Positions 24,929 through 37,711 of a DNA stretch of 64,000 nt are shown one piece after another. The DNA lies in the NCBI RefSeq assembly GCF_018350175.1, contig NC_058376.1, positions 58,404,001 to 58,468,000 on the forward strand. The letters run 5' to 3'. This stretch comes from Felis catus (taxonomy: Eukaryota). The stretch's first letter is position 1. Every line of letters begins with the position of its first letter. The notes beneath the pieces are model-generated. The model saw nothing but the letters and a program-made list of their open reading frames with translations, made no database searches and was not told the DNA's origin. Made by a program: the position numbers and the translations under genes.

Positions 24929-26119
24929 GTAGGACGTGGGGTGAACCACGGGCTTCACATCAGTGAGTCTTCTTGTCCTAGCGTTGACCAACGTGCAAAG
25001 GCTCTTAAAGAAAATGCTGAATAATAAACCACTAAGTTTGCTTGTTGGGCAGACATATAACTGTATTGCATTTTCGATCCGATTCAGGGGACACTTGGAA
25101 TTGTACCCTCCGGGACCTAAGGACCCCGGTCCAGGGTTTTTTTCCCACCACCACACAAGTGGTGGGTAGCGTTCGCTTAGGTGACAGATTCCAATGACTG
25201 CCTCCTAGATCTAGAAATTGGAGGATAGACGCTCCGGATTCCAGGAATAGTAGCAACAAGTATGTATTGAGAGTCATTTCTATATGCCCGACCCTGGAAT
25301 AAACCCTTTACGTGGATTGCCTCATTTGAATATCCAGCAGCACTATTCAGTAGAGGTACTCCTTTTCCGCATCGTACTTATGGACAGACCGAGGGATGAA
25401 GAAGCGGAGTGCCCTCAGCTGGTTAGCAGTGAAGCTGGACTACGAACCCACACTCAGGTGTCACACTTGAGTCCTCATTCATGTTTTGCTGACACATCCA
25501 GAGGGTCACTGCAGAAAGAGGGGGAGAGGCAGATGAGAAGGAGGTTCCGAGTGGGCCAGGCTTTTGGGCCCTTCCCTTACCCTTAATCAGAGTAACTCGG
25601 TTTGAATCTATTTTATGAACTGGTGTTCCGAGTGTATTTTACCCTAAGGATTTTCTATTTTGAAAGAGTGCTAAACCCGCTGGGGTAGTTGATAGGTTTC
25701 TCCAGTTGCCACGGGGAGACAGAAATGGGTGCACTTAGAACGAGTGTAGATCTTCTCTTCTTTGTGCATGATGTGCATGCATTCTTGTCCCTGCATCTGC
25801 CCTCGGCTCCTTATGCATGAAGAACTTTGAGTTGTTCTCTAAGGTGGTTTTGGACAGTGTTTCCCCATCTGTCTTCATTTTTGGAATTGCTGCCACTGGA
25901 GAAATTACTGTGGTGTCGAGCCTGCCATTGAGCTCCTTGGAAGGGTCAGTGACTGGCCTTGGCCATTGAGTGTGAATAAATGGGACGCATTCGTTCCTCC
26001 TCCCTACTTTCCCTGCCCTCTGCGCTTGCATTGGAGCTATGGAAACAGGGATGAGGCCATGTCCCAAAGGACCATTTGGCCTGCGGTTCACCTGAAGTAT
26101 TTCCCCCCGGTTCTCACAG

Positions 26120-26219
26120 GCCCACCTGCCCCTGGGACAGAGCAACAGCTGTGGCAGCGTGCTGCCTCACTCCCTGGCAACCATGACCAAAGACTCAGAA
26201 TCTCGGAGGATGCTCAGAG
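26120..26219 (+). CDS. PHLDB2: PHLDB2 exon ~12 (AHLPLGQSNSCGSVLPHSLATMTKDSESRRMLR-G)
   Basis: ttctcacag / gtaagc, 100 nt, phase 0/1. Confidence 0.96.
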
Positions 26220-26340
26220 GTAAGCACGTTTTGAATCAGACATCATGGCTTTTGTTGCGCATCAGAATTTCTCAGGGAGAGAGAGCAAGAACAGGGTTGG
26301 GGATCGATTAGAGAGGAGGTCAGATCCTCAATTTCATTCT

Positions 26341-26568
26341 TTTTTTTTTAATTTTGTTTTACATTTATTTATTTTTGAGAGAGAGAGAGAGAGAGAGAGT
26401 GAGCACAAGTGGGGGAGGGGCAGAGAGAGGAGACACAGAATCCTAAGCAGGCTCCAGGCTCTGAGCTGTCAGCACAGAGCCTACCGCGGGGTTCCAACTC
26501 AACAAACCATGAGATCATGACCTGATCTGAAGTCGGATGCTTAGCCAACTGAGCCACCCAGGTGCCCC
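26341..26568 (-). mobile_element. Can-SINE
   Basis: Reverse consensus; imperfect TSD tca(a/g)tttcattctt. Confidence 0.9.
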
Positions 26569-27492
26569 TCTCAGTTTCATTCTTAATGAATCTTCCTGGG
26601 GGAAGGATGTATATCTCCTTATTGTTGTACTAAAGTAACTTTTTCTATTATACACGTGGCTGGTACCTTTTAAATATACCCACTGTACTTTATAAATTCA
26701 ATAGAATTCTTAAAACAGGAAGGCCCCTACAGCATTACTAGCCTTCCCATTTGGTAGAAAGAAAAGAGACACCACTGAAATCCAGAGAGATCACCAGGGC
26801 ACTTAACCAAGCCACTTACCTGGTCTGTGGCTAAGCCACACTGTTGAAACATATGCTCAAGAGTCACTGAGCTGGCACAGTAAATAGAACACTAGTGGCC
26901 CTGGACAGAAGTCCCTAAGGCCTTTTAATGTGGTTTGAGCTTTTATTCTATGTGATTGTTAGGTTTCAGGTAGACTTTGATTCTCAGCATCTTTTACTTC
27001 TTTGTGATAATAGATTGCATTTATAATGAGGTTGTCAAATAGTCTTTGTGGGGCTAGGAGAAATCACAGTAATGCAGTTCCAGAGGTGAGCTTCTCCTTG
27101 AGAGGATTAGATGTGCGTTAACAGTCATCTAGGTCAGTAGCCTATCTTGACCCTAACTTTTGAGCAGGCGTGGTGCCAGAGACCAAGAACACAAATGAAT
27201 GACACAGTCGGCCCTGACATGCTTGTAGTCCAGTGAGGAAGAAAGACACATAACAGAGGATTTAAATAAAATATGGTAAATGCAGTGATGGAGGAATGCC
27301 CGGGATATAAAGGGGGATGCTGACAGAGTGGTGGGCATTCATGCATTCGTGAGATTGGAACGCTTCCCTCCAAGCAGGCCAGGATTCAGTTCTGACTGTT
27401 CAGCCCTTCTGCTGGGGTACCAGGGGATAATCACTGGTTTCCTGCCCAAAAAAAAAAAAAAGAATATAAAAGAAAAGAAATATATATAAATC

Positions 27493-27690
27493 GGGGTGCC
27501 TGGGTGGCTCAGTCAGTTAAATGTCTTACTCTTGATTTTAGCTCAGGCCATGATTTCACAGTTCATGAGGTCAAGCCCCATGTTGGGCTCTGCGCTGAAA
27601 GTGTAGAGCCTATTTGGGATTCTCTCTCCCCTTCCCTCTGCTCCTCCCCTGCACCCACTCTCTGTCAAAATAAATAAGCATTAAAAAAAG
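27493..27690 (+). mobile_element. Can-SINE (older)
   Basis: Head, CT tract and A tail visible. Confidence 0.88.
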
Positions 27691-29147
27691 AAATGTATAT
27701 ATATATGAATGTCAGTATATATAAAATGTGTGTATGTGTGTAATATATATAGTATATCACTTGGATGAGGTTTTTGAATCATTACTAGAAGTGATTTAAG
27801 AGTTAATAGAGTCTGTAGTACTCATAAGAGAGGTTTATAACTCATGAAAGGTTTACAATGTTACCATGTGAGTCGAATGCAATTGATTAAGCTTCTCTTA
27901 TTTTCTTTACTATAATTTCTTAATAAGCTAAAATATCTCTTATGATTTATAAACAATAAACATAAATGAGTCTTGATGTTCTGGCTGTCATTCCTCATTG
28001 TTCACTTGTGGGTCAAGTCTATTTTCTGTGAAAGCATTTTCCTGTGGTATTTATAGACTTTTTAAACGTATTTTTCCCACTGGCTGAAGACATCAAAGCT
28101 TGGATTGGCCACAATGCCCTATTTTATGTGAAAAGTCTTTTTCTTAAAGAATAAGAAAAACTAGACCTTTATACTAAATGGAGAGATTTGTAAATTCAAG
28201 AGCTATTAACATTATTATGTAAGAGGATTCTTAAGAGAATGTGGTGAAACCAAAGGATGTTTGATCTTTCGTTGTCTGATCTCACTTTGCCCATCAAATG
28301 ATAGAAATCCCCATGCTAGGTTCCTAGAGGAAAGCTGACCCAATTCCCTGAGGTCACATTAGGATGTACTCTGCAAAATCCATTGACTTTGACCTATCTT
28401 TCTGTCCTGGTTCTTCATCAATGCCCTTCACTTTGGAGCATCTGGGAAGATGGCAGCTTCATTCTTTCCTGCTGCAGCTCTAAAGTGGGGTTCTTCTTGA
28501 AGAGTTTCATGTGGTGCTGATGAGAGAGCCTCTGAGGAAGTAGAGAACCATCTTGTATGTGTTGATCAAAGCGGACGTGATGTGTCTTATGAAGCCAGAG
28601 GAGGAGGGGACAGGGACTGCAGTTCTTAGAGCCACACTGGAGCATAAAATTGACAGGATTTTCCATGAAGCCCATCCAGGTGGCCCACACAGACCAGGAG
28701 GGATGAATCATTATTTCATTTAGAATTGCTTTACTGGTACCTTGTTGCCTTCACTAAAATAGCAAACAAGTAAAATTCCATGGTTTTGAACAAATTGCAC
28801 CTAACACGTTTTCATTACTCAAATTTAGTAGATTTTATCATGGGGGGGGGGGGGACTTACATAATTAACTTAAATGAACTGTGTTTTTTTTGCTGCTTAT
28901 TCATAATGGATACATCAAGGACAATGGTGTAAGTATAAGCCTTCCTTTGATCAGCACTGTTTTCATAAAACTGACAACGTGAGCCAGGCAAACAAAGATC
29001 TTTGAGAACTGAGTTTAGAGCAAAGAGCCCAGGAACTCAACTCTTAAAGTTGTAATGGTTATTGGCTTTTATACAACTTGTGAACTGGTCCTTTGTAAGC
29101 TTTAGAATGAATGAAATCTTTGTCCTTTTGTCTTCTGTTAAATGCAG

Positions 29148-29162
29148 GGAAGTCCAAGAAAG
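29148..29162 (+). CDS. PHLDB2: Candidate 15-nt microexon (G-KSKK-G)
   Basis: tgtccttttgtcttctgttaaatgcag|GGAAGTCCAAGAAAG|gtagga; phase 1/1, no stop. Confidence 0.55.
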
Positions 29163-30142
29163 GTAGGACAACCTCCTTGTGTGGTGTTTTTGTTGCCAGC
29201 AAATTAGTGAAAGGTCATTGTGGAGTCATCTTTAAGAAATGATCACACTTGAAACTGTAAAATAGTGGATTTTTAGTCTAATGATCATTCCTTTCACACA
29301 GTGGGGGGAAATTGTTGCACAGTTGCTAGAAATGCAACAGGAGTGCAGCTGCTGGTCACACACAAGCATTGTATTGTGAGACTGAGAATCGAGATAGAGA
29401 TAAGAGTAGGCACTGGCATGTGTATAGGCTAAGTGTCAAACATGATGTTCCTCCTTTCCAAAGGCCAGGCATAAATAAGACTGGGAGGAGTCTTATTTAT
29501 ACATACATGGGAGGAGGGAAGGATTCAGGATGCTCCTGCTTACTGACTCTATTTAAGTCTATTTTAGAAGTAAGACCTCATGGTGAGTGAAGACCAGTTT
29601 AAATGACTGGTTTGAGTAAATATGAGGCTCATTACTGTGGCTACTCATAGAGATGCAGGATGTCAGAGGACGGAATGCTTATAAAGTGTGATGGACGGTG
29701 CTTCAAATAACTGAATGGCAATTTTGTAAACCCTAGCTCTTAAAAACTATTCGTTGCTGTCTGCTTGAGAAGAAGAATTGTCTTATCGTTATGATCTTGT
29801 TTTTATTCTCCCTGTTTTCTGGTCGGCAAGTATGTGTGAAAGCTGTTAGTTTCCATTTTTTTTTTTCACTAACTGTATGTATGTCCCGTGAGATTGTTAT
29901 TTTTTGACTTCTCAAGTCCTTCTCTGTACACTCAGATTTAACCTAGAAATGTGAAAACATCTTGCCTTGTTGATCTGGTGTTGTTATTAACACTGTCAAT
30001 GACTGCATGTTGGAAGTGTTGTATATTTTTCCTGTCCCCTGTCATCCTTTTTTGATCTTGTCTCTTTCTCCCTTTCTCCATCATTCTCCTTCATCCCTGA
30101 CTCGTCCTGTACCTTCATCTCCCGGCTGTGGACTATGGTTAG

Positions 30143-30163
30143 GAAGAATGAATTTCTCAGCAG
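30143..30163 (+). CDS. PHLDB2: Candidate 21-nt microexon (G-RMNFSA-G)
   Basis: Long upstream pyrimidine tract, CTGAC branch-like motif, first downstream AG used, CAG|gtgagc donor; phase 1/1, no stop. Confidence 0.5.
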
Positions 30164-33100
30164 GTGAGCTATGATAGGCTAACTTGTCAGAAATACTGAT
30201 TAATTTTATCCTCTTAAACCCAGGTTATAGTTTTAAGTCATCTCATTTTCTATACTAAGCCCAGATAACCATTGAAAATATACAACACACACTGGGAAGA
30301 TATTGGCAAGACTATATGTCTTACAATGGTTAACTCACAAAGGACTTTCCAGGTCTAACTGGCCAGAATTCATGGATAGGCAATAATAAAAAAAATGATA
30401 ATAAAGTAAAAAAGTAATAATAAGTAAAAATAAAAAAAATAATAATAATTAATAATAATAATAAATGGGCTTTGCACATCTATTCTACTGGCTCTCTGAG
30501 ACAGTGAAGACAGTTGAGTTGGTTTGGGTTCTTTGCATGTGCTATGCTTAGCGATGAGCTTCAGATATCATCAGGTCTTACTTTATAAACCTTATAAACA
30601 TTCCCTCAAATGGCTATTTCTGTCTGGATAGAAAGAATTTAGAGCATTTACAAGGCCCTTTTTGCTTTTCAGTTACTGTCCCACTGCTGAATGTTACTCT
30701 TGCTACATAATTTAAAAACAAACAAAAAAAAAAAATGAGTAGTCTCAAATATTGGGAAAGTCTCATTTTTCCCAACGCACTTACTCTACCCCATCCCAGA
30801 CAGTAGATGCATTCCACTTCCTTATTTAGCCACTATAAAGCTGGAATTTACAGATGAGAAAATGAATTGATTCAGTGGCTCTTTAGTTCATGACATCCCT
30901 ATACTAAATGAATGAGGATCCTATGGTGATCAGGACACATGTGTCCCCCTCCCTGTTAAAGCTTGCACCTGTCCTGGGGCTACCTAATGGCAGGAACAGT
31001 TCTTCTTGGACATTCTACCAGGGTTTCCTCTGGTCTGCTGCTCTCCTCAAGTGTTTCCTCTATCAGAAGTACCTGTACCTTTAAGCGGACAGGCCAGAGC
31101 CCGAATCCCAACACCAGCTGTTTGGAATCACACTGGTATAATCCCAGGATCACAGGGATGAGGTCCATGCCCTTACATGTGATTGCAGAGGTAACTTAAT
31201 TTTTTGAAATTGTTCAGGAGGGAGCAGTTGAATCCAGGTGACTAACCCACTGCGATTAGTAAAGTGTTGCCGGTTGGGAGAAACGGGCCTCTGCATGAGG
31301 TAAAACATTTCCACTCACGCTGGATCCACAGGAAACAAAATGCCTGCCCTGGGAAACCTATGCTCATTAGCAGAAGGCTCTTTCACTAAAATTGCAGAGA
31401 AAATCTAAGGTACTCACCCTACCCCAGAATAGCGGAAAGTTCTCACAGACACAGAGCCGAACCTCCACAGGTATTGAGGTGGTCTGGGGTATTTATGATG
31501 TTCACAAGCCTTAGCACAGTACACATTGTGACACAGCTGTCCCTTGTGCCCATATCTGAACAATTTGAATCGTTTTAGTGTACTGTCTATCTCACCTGAA
31601 GGTTGTAAATTCATGTTCTTATTTTGTGATACTTTTGGGGGAAAAAAATCATGGGAGATCTGACGATCAGGACACACAGTGGCTTTAAGAAGAAATATAC
31701 TCGCCATCTTTTCTGCTTTTCCAAGAAGGTGTTAGTTGCATTATAGGGATTGGCCTTTCCTCATTATGAAAAACCGAAGGGGAAGAGGAAGTTATGGCAC
31801 ATGTCATTGCCAAGGAGATAAGTCTCATATGTTTTAAATTACATGGCTGTCTCTTAGGGATTTGTTTTTCATACTAACAGGGAAATGGCTTCCACGTACT
31901 CACTGCCAGTGCAGAAGTTTTCTTTGCCAACAAGCCTTTTTTGAAAGCATAAGGAAAGATACGTGTGTGACTTTTTCAAATAATTTCTGGTGTTTTTTTT
32001 TGTCCCCCTCCTTTTCATAATGAATAACTGGAAACAATTTAAAAGGAGCAATTAGTAATTCCAAAAGTTCAAGTATCAAAGGTAAATATTTGAATAATAA
32101 TTTTTTTTAAAGGCACAAACTCCACGCTTATAAACGTACTGGCTTCATTTCATGCTTTCTGCATTAATCATTACGAATAATGATATTCTATCTAAAGTCT
32201 CATGGTGTGCTTTTTTTGTGTTGCATCTTCCCTTGGCCAAGTGATCTGTCGCTTTTACATATGTATTTGTAATTTATAATTACAGCTTATATTAAGGAAA
32301 CATTTTCCCAGAAATGCCATAATCTGAACTAACATATTTTCACTTAGATATCTAAAACCACTCCAAACTGTTTGGCATGCAAACTGTCTGTGGAACTAAA
32401 ATCATTTTACAGAAACTTTTGGTGGATGATGCGTTACTAAAGCCCTCCTGGTTGTGGCTCTGCTTTTCAATGGAAATGTTCAACTGATAGCTGAGGAAGC
32501 TGTTCGGAATCACTGCCCTTCTTTCACCCTCTGGCTGCTTTTTTGACTATTTCATTACCAATTGAGAGCCTCACTGAAGGTTGGTAGAGTGCAAGGAAAG
32601 AGGTGAAATTCAAATGGTCGAGTTGTAAACGCTTAACAGGTCCGGTAGTAAATTTGATGAGGGAGAAAGAGATCGCAAACCACTGCTGGCTAGAGAAATG
32701 TCTTTTTCATAAATCGAGGGATTGGTTGATCATTATGATCCCTGGTTCCTACATATATGGTAAAGAGAGAATTGAAAGGAAAAATAATTCAGTTTGCATT
32801 GCCCAAAAGCTCCCACCAGAGAGCAAGCCATAGCAATAAGTCAAAGTAAAGCCAATACCTAAGACACCAGCTGACCAAGTAAGTACCAGGGTAAAGATGA
32901 AGCCTCTTACTGATGGCACTTTTGCTGCTATTGATCTAAGTGCGACGGTTTTGTATGGTTGGTACCACCAACTAGCTTGGGCTGACACTTCGGGTGGAAG
33001 AAGAAGAGAGCTCTGCCTACGGTCATTAGGAAAAGCACAACCATTTAGGAGGGCCGTTCACTGCAAAGTGTTTAAATAATTGGCAGACCAGAGAAATTGA

Positions 33101-33418
33101 AAAACGAAGAATGAGAAACGTACACGGTTTGGATGTTTACCAGAGTAAAAGTGTTTGTGACAATATGAGTGAGACCCAAGACTCTTACATCCTGCGCCTA
33201 GATGATCCACCTGCTGTTCCACGACCTTATCGAGTCCTCAGACTGGAATACTGCTGAGCAAGTGACTGCCCTAAGACCCTGCTGTTGCTTGCCACCGGGA
33301 GTTCTCTTGCTTCACTTGAGCCCAGCTATTTTTAGAAGATACAGGGCCTTTGACTGTGTTTCCGTTTTTTTTGTTTTTCCCTTTTTTGTTTTTGTGTGTG
33401 CTGATGTATTCTTCTCAG

Positions 33419-33451
33419 TTGCGCTGAGATGTGGGAATGGCAAAGGGAAAT
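33419..33451 (+). CDS. PHLDB2: Candidate 33-nt microexon (VALRCGNGKGKW)
   Basis: Strong T-rich tract, ttcttctcag acceptor, AAT|gtgagg donor; phase 1/1, no stop. Confidence 0.3.
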
Positions 33452-33673
33452 GTGAGGTGATCCCCTGACCAGGAAGATCGCTTCCAAGACCACTTCTCTG
33501 AAACTCTTGCTTGCACTGAGCATGATGCTGTGTCTTTGATCTTCTTGGCTTCGAAACAAATTAGACCAAGGCCCAAGTTTCACAGGCAGATGTTTTGGGC
33601 TGCTGGTTTGACTCTCAGAAGATCTAAGGCTGAAAAATGAGGCATACTAACATATTTATGGCTCTTCCCTCAG

Positions 33674-33881
33674 GGTATAATCACCAACAGATGAGTGAAG
33701 GACAAAGGCAGAAATCTTCTGAATTTTACAACCGCACGGCATCTGAATCAAATGTCTACTTGAACAGTTTCCACTATCCCGATCACAGCTATAAGGACCA
33801 GGCCTTTGATACTTTGAGCCTAGACAGCTCTGATAGCATGGAGACCAGCATCTCTGCCTGCTCACCTGACAATATCTCTAG
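33674..33881 (+). CDS. PHLDB2: PHLDB2 exon ~13 (YNHQQMSEGQRQKSSEF...ACSPDNIS)
   Basis: cttccctcag / gtaaga, 208 nt, phase 1/2. Confidence 0.96.
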
Positions 33882-35649
33882 GTAAGATACATTCACGGTT
33901 AAGGTTTCCAGTTTATAAAAGGACCTGCTGGTCTCAAAAAATAAAGCCATTCGCTTGGGGGCAATGTATATCCACCAGCCCACATTTCTGAGACATACAG
34001 AGTCCACGGTGAGGAGGAGGGCTGAGTGTCATGGCAGCCTTTGAAAGCAGTTTCCTTGTATCCTGTGTGACTTAGCCAGTCAGACACCATATAAGCCATT
34101 TTTCTCCTTTGCTTTGTGTCTTTACATTTGAGTTCACATGTATTCCATGCTTCAACATTGATTTGCCTCTGTTGGTTGACTCCGACCTTCATTAGGACTC
34201 CTTTTGATTGAATAAAGAAATAATTTCCAACAGTATAGTAAGACTGTTGAAGGATTGCTTACACTTATGTTTCATTAAAAGGAAGGCTTTAGCTCTTCCA
34301 CGTATTAGAATTTTTGTAAGGGTTTAACTATTCACATTTGTGTTCATACTTTGAGGCAAAGTATGGTCTTAGGGAATTATGGCTAACGGCACATCTAAAA
34401 TATAGATCTGGTCATGGTACTCTGCCCCTTCAAGAGCTGTGATGATGCCCTACTACCTTTTGAGAAAAGTCATACCCTTGAACCTGCATTCTACATCCAA
34501 CTCAACTTCCCATTCACCCTCTCCTCTTGATACACCTCACAGAGCTTCTTAATACTCAAATCTCTGAGCCTTTGACCATATTAGTCCTGGGCCTGGAATC
34601 AAATAGTTTGTTCATTCATCCATTTACAGACTCCTTCATTCCACAAATACTTATAGAGTGCTCTAGAGTCAACAGTGGGCTGGACTTGGCTCATACTAGC
34701 TGGCAAGTGCCACGTGTGCATCTTTCCCCCTCCGCGTGATCAGTGATGTCATGTTGGTAGTTTGAAATTGCCCGTGGGGGGAGCATGTACTCCACATAAA
34801 TTGACATTTGCCATGTATCAGGGTTTTATTTCCCTCCAGAGAACGGGTTTGCCAGCACAGCACTGACTACGGCCAAATTAATCCTTCCCTTTTTGTATTC
34901 ACTCAACCTATATATACTTACTGAGCACCGGTAGTGTCTGTCATTGCAAAACATCTTTATCATCTCCAACCCCCTCTCCTATCTGAGCCTGGAGGAATTT
35001 TCCTCATCCTTCAGGCTTAAGCTTAAGTTGGAAACTCATGAAGATTTCTCCCTTTAGGGCCTTTTTCTTCTGTGTTTCTATTGCGCTTGATGCTTTTTTC
35101 TATTATATCACTGATCACATTGTGGTATGAAATTTTTCCTTTGGTAATTAATTGGTGAATTCCTCAATGTCAAGGAGGATGTCTAATTACCTTTCGGTTT
35201 CTCCACCCAGCAGAGATCTTAGCAGATAGCAGGTATTCAGTAAGTGTTGGCTGAGTAAATACCTCAGGATATAGTGAAATGGACATATTTTCAATTTTGG
35301 TATTTTTCTGTGTTTGATCTATTTTAATTGGCTGAGAACCATTATGATTTCAACCTAAGAAACAAGCCAATATTCAGTAAATGTTAACTGAGCACTTGTA
35401 TGTCCTAAATGTAAATGTCTGGCTGGATAATTAATTGCCATCAACAGACTTCCATATATTGGAATGAAGCCACGGGTGGGAGCAGGAACTTCCTTCCGCT
35501 TGTGCTCTATGGCTTTGACCAGACAACTGATTGTCCTACTTGAAACAGATCACACAATGCTCTTGGTGCTGATTTGCTTCTGGTCTGCAAAATGGAGGGG
35601 TTGTTTCTTGAATACAAGAGGATGGTGGATTTTAAAACATCTTAATGGA

Positions 35650-35860
35650 GGGGCGCCTGGGTAGCTCAGTCAGTTAAGCATCCAGCTTCAGTTTAGGTCA
35701 TGATCTCATGGTTCATGAGCTCGAGCTCCACGTCGGGCTTTATGCTGATAGCTCAGAGCCTGGAGCCTGCTTCGGATTCTGTGTCTCCCTCTCCCTCTGT
35801 GCCTCCTCTGCTCATGCTCTGTCTCTCTCAAAGAAAATAATAAACGTTAAAAAAACCCCA
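35650..35860 (+). mobile_element. Can-SINE
   Basis: Imperfect TSD acat(c/t)ttaatgga. Confidence 0.9.
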
Positions 35861-36056
35861 CATTTTAATGGAAAATTACCATAATGTAAATAAAATTTAT
35901 TTCATTGCAAAGGTTCAAATAATCTGCTCTCCCTCCACCTAAAATTAAAAAAAAAAAAAATGACAGAGACAGAGGGAAAGTAATATCAGCAAGGTCTACT
36001 CAGCTTTAGGTTGTGTTGTATTTCATAAATGAAAAGAATATGAGAGACCCTTTATT

Positions 36057-36284
36057 GGGGCACCTGGGTGGCTCAGTTGGTTAAGCGTCCGACTTCGCTC
36101 AGGTCATGATCTCACGGTTCGGGGGTTTGAGCCTCATGTCGGGCTCTGTGCTGACAGCTTGGATCTTGGAGCCTGCTTCGGATTCTGTGTCTCCCTCTTT
36201 CTCTGCCCCTCACCCACTCACACTCTGTCTCTTTCTCTCTCTCAAAAATAAATAAACATTAAAAAAATAAAAAATAAAATAAAA
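36057..36284 (+). mobile_element. Can-SINE
   Basis: TSD AAAAGAATATGAGAGACCC on both sides. Confidence 0.92.
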
Positions 36285-36926
36285 TAAAAGAATATGAGAG
36301 ACCCAACTATAGGTAGCCATTATAGCCAGGAAATTTTAGGGGTGGGGGGAAAACGAGAAAAGGACAGATGCTACATTCTGTGGTAAAGAACAGTGTATTT
36401 TAATTTCGGCATTAATGGGTAGAGTATTAATATTACTGGATATATCCTGCCAGAGAAGGAAAGGAGTCTCTGGGGGAAAACACTAAAGCAACGATGAGAA
36501 TCGTATTGCTGCTTGTCACATGGAAATGACCTCAACTGAAGGAGGAGATTATGTAATGATAAAAAATAGGATTTTTTTCTTTTTTGCTGCCATTATGATG
36601 TCAGGTTAGAGGGCTGAGTGTTTTACATTATTCAATATTAAAAGATGCAATATCTCACTTTTTAAAAAGTTCAGTATGACTGCTTGGGGGGCAGACATTG
36701 AGTATGGGTTAGGGCTTGTCTGGGCCATGCCGGTAGGTGCTGGGAGCTGATGTTTTCAGAACAGAAAGCCTTGAATTTTGAGTAATTATTCATAAATGAC
36801 AGTCAAAAGACCAGTCAGATGTGGTGCTTTTGAATAACAAGACACAAACAAAAGTCGGCAGCCCACCAACCATCATACCATAAGGGCAAGAGGACTAAAA
36901 GTGGGCATTAAAAGCAAGAACACAGA

Positions 36927-37149
36927 TGGGTCGCCTGGGTGGCTCAGTCGTTTAAGCGTCCAACTTTGGCTCAGATCATGATCTCGTGGTTTGTGAGTTC
37001 AAGTCCTGCGTCAGGCTCTGTGCTGACAGCTCAGAGCCTGGAGCCAGCTTCAGATTCTGTGTCCCCTTCTCTCTCCACCCCTCCCCAGCTCACACTGTGT
37101 CTCTCTTTCTCAAAAATAAATAAACATTAAAAAAAAATTAAAAAAAAAA
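36927..37149 (+). mobile_element. Can-SINE
   Basis: TSD AAAAGCAAGAACACAGA at 36910-36926 and 37150-37166. Confidence 0.93.
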
Positions 37150-37312
37150 AAAAGCAAGAACACAGAATGTAGGATGCAGGCTCCCAGTGTCAGAGCGACT
37201 CCCATTCGGTGGCACTTTGTACTTAGTCGTTATTTTGAAAACATCAGACTGTCCTCCCCTCTTCACAAATAATTGTAAAGATTTCATGTCAATATTTCCT
37301 TCGTGAACTCTT

Positions 37313-37535
37313 TTTTTTTTTAATTTTTTTTTCAACGTTTATTTATTTTTGGGACAGAGAGAGACAGAGCATGAACGGGGGAGGGGCAGAGAGAGAGGGA
37401 GACACAGAATCGGAAACAGGCTCCAGGCTCTGAGCCATCAGCCCAGAGCCCGACGCGGGGCTCGAACTCACGGACCGCGAGATCGTGACCTGGCTGAAGT
37501 CGGACGCTTAACCGACTGCGCCACCCAGGCGCCCC
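37313..37535 (-). mobile_element. Young Can-SINE
   Basis: TSD TCCTTCGTGAACTCTT at 37297-37312 and 37536-37551. Confidence 0.94.
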
Positions 37536-37711
37536 TCCTTCGTGAACTCTTGATAGTTTGATCTTTTATTTTTCTATTCGTGAGCCATCTTTTGTAAAGA
37601 AATACACTCTATGCGGTTTCCTATCTTGGCGTTTTCTACTCCCCACCTCATCCTCCCCTCCCAAAATTGAAGTGAATATTCATCCCTTCAAATTACCACT
37701 CCTCATGTCTC

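Noticed and set aside
31726-31728. Possible 3-nt exon (ccaag|AAG|gtgtta)
   Set aside because: Weak donor; indistinguishable from chance.
32865-32884. Isolated GTAAGT donor
   Set aside because: No upstream acceptor gives an open in-phase exon; all three frames stop shortly before it.
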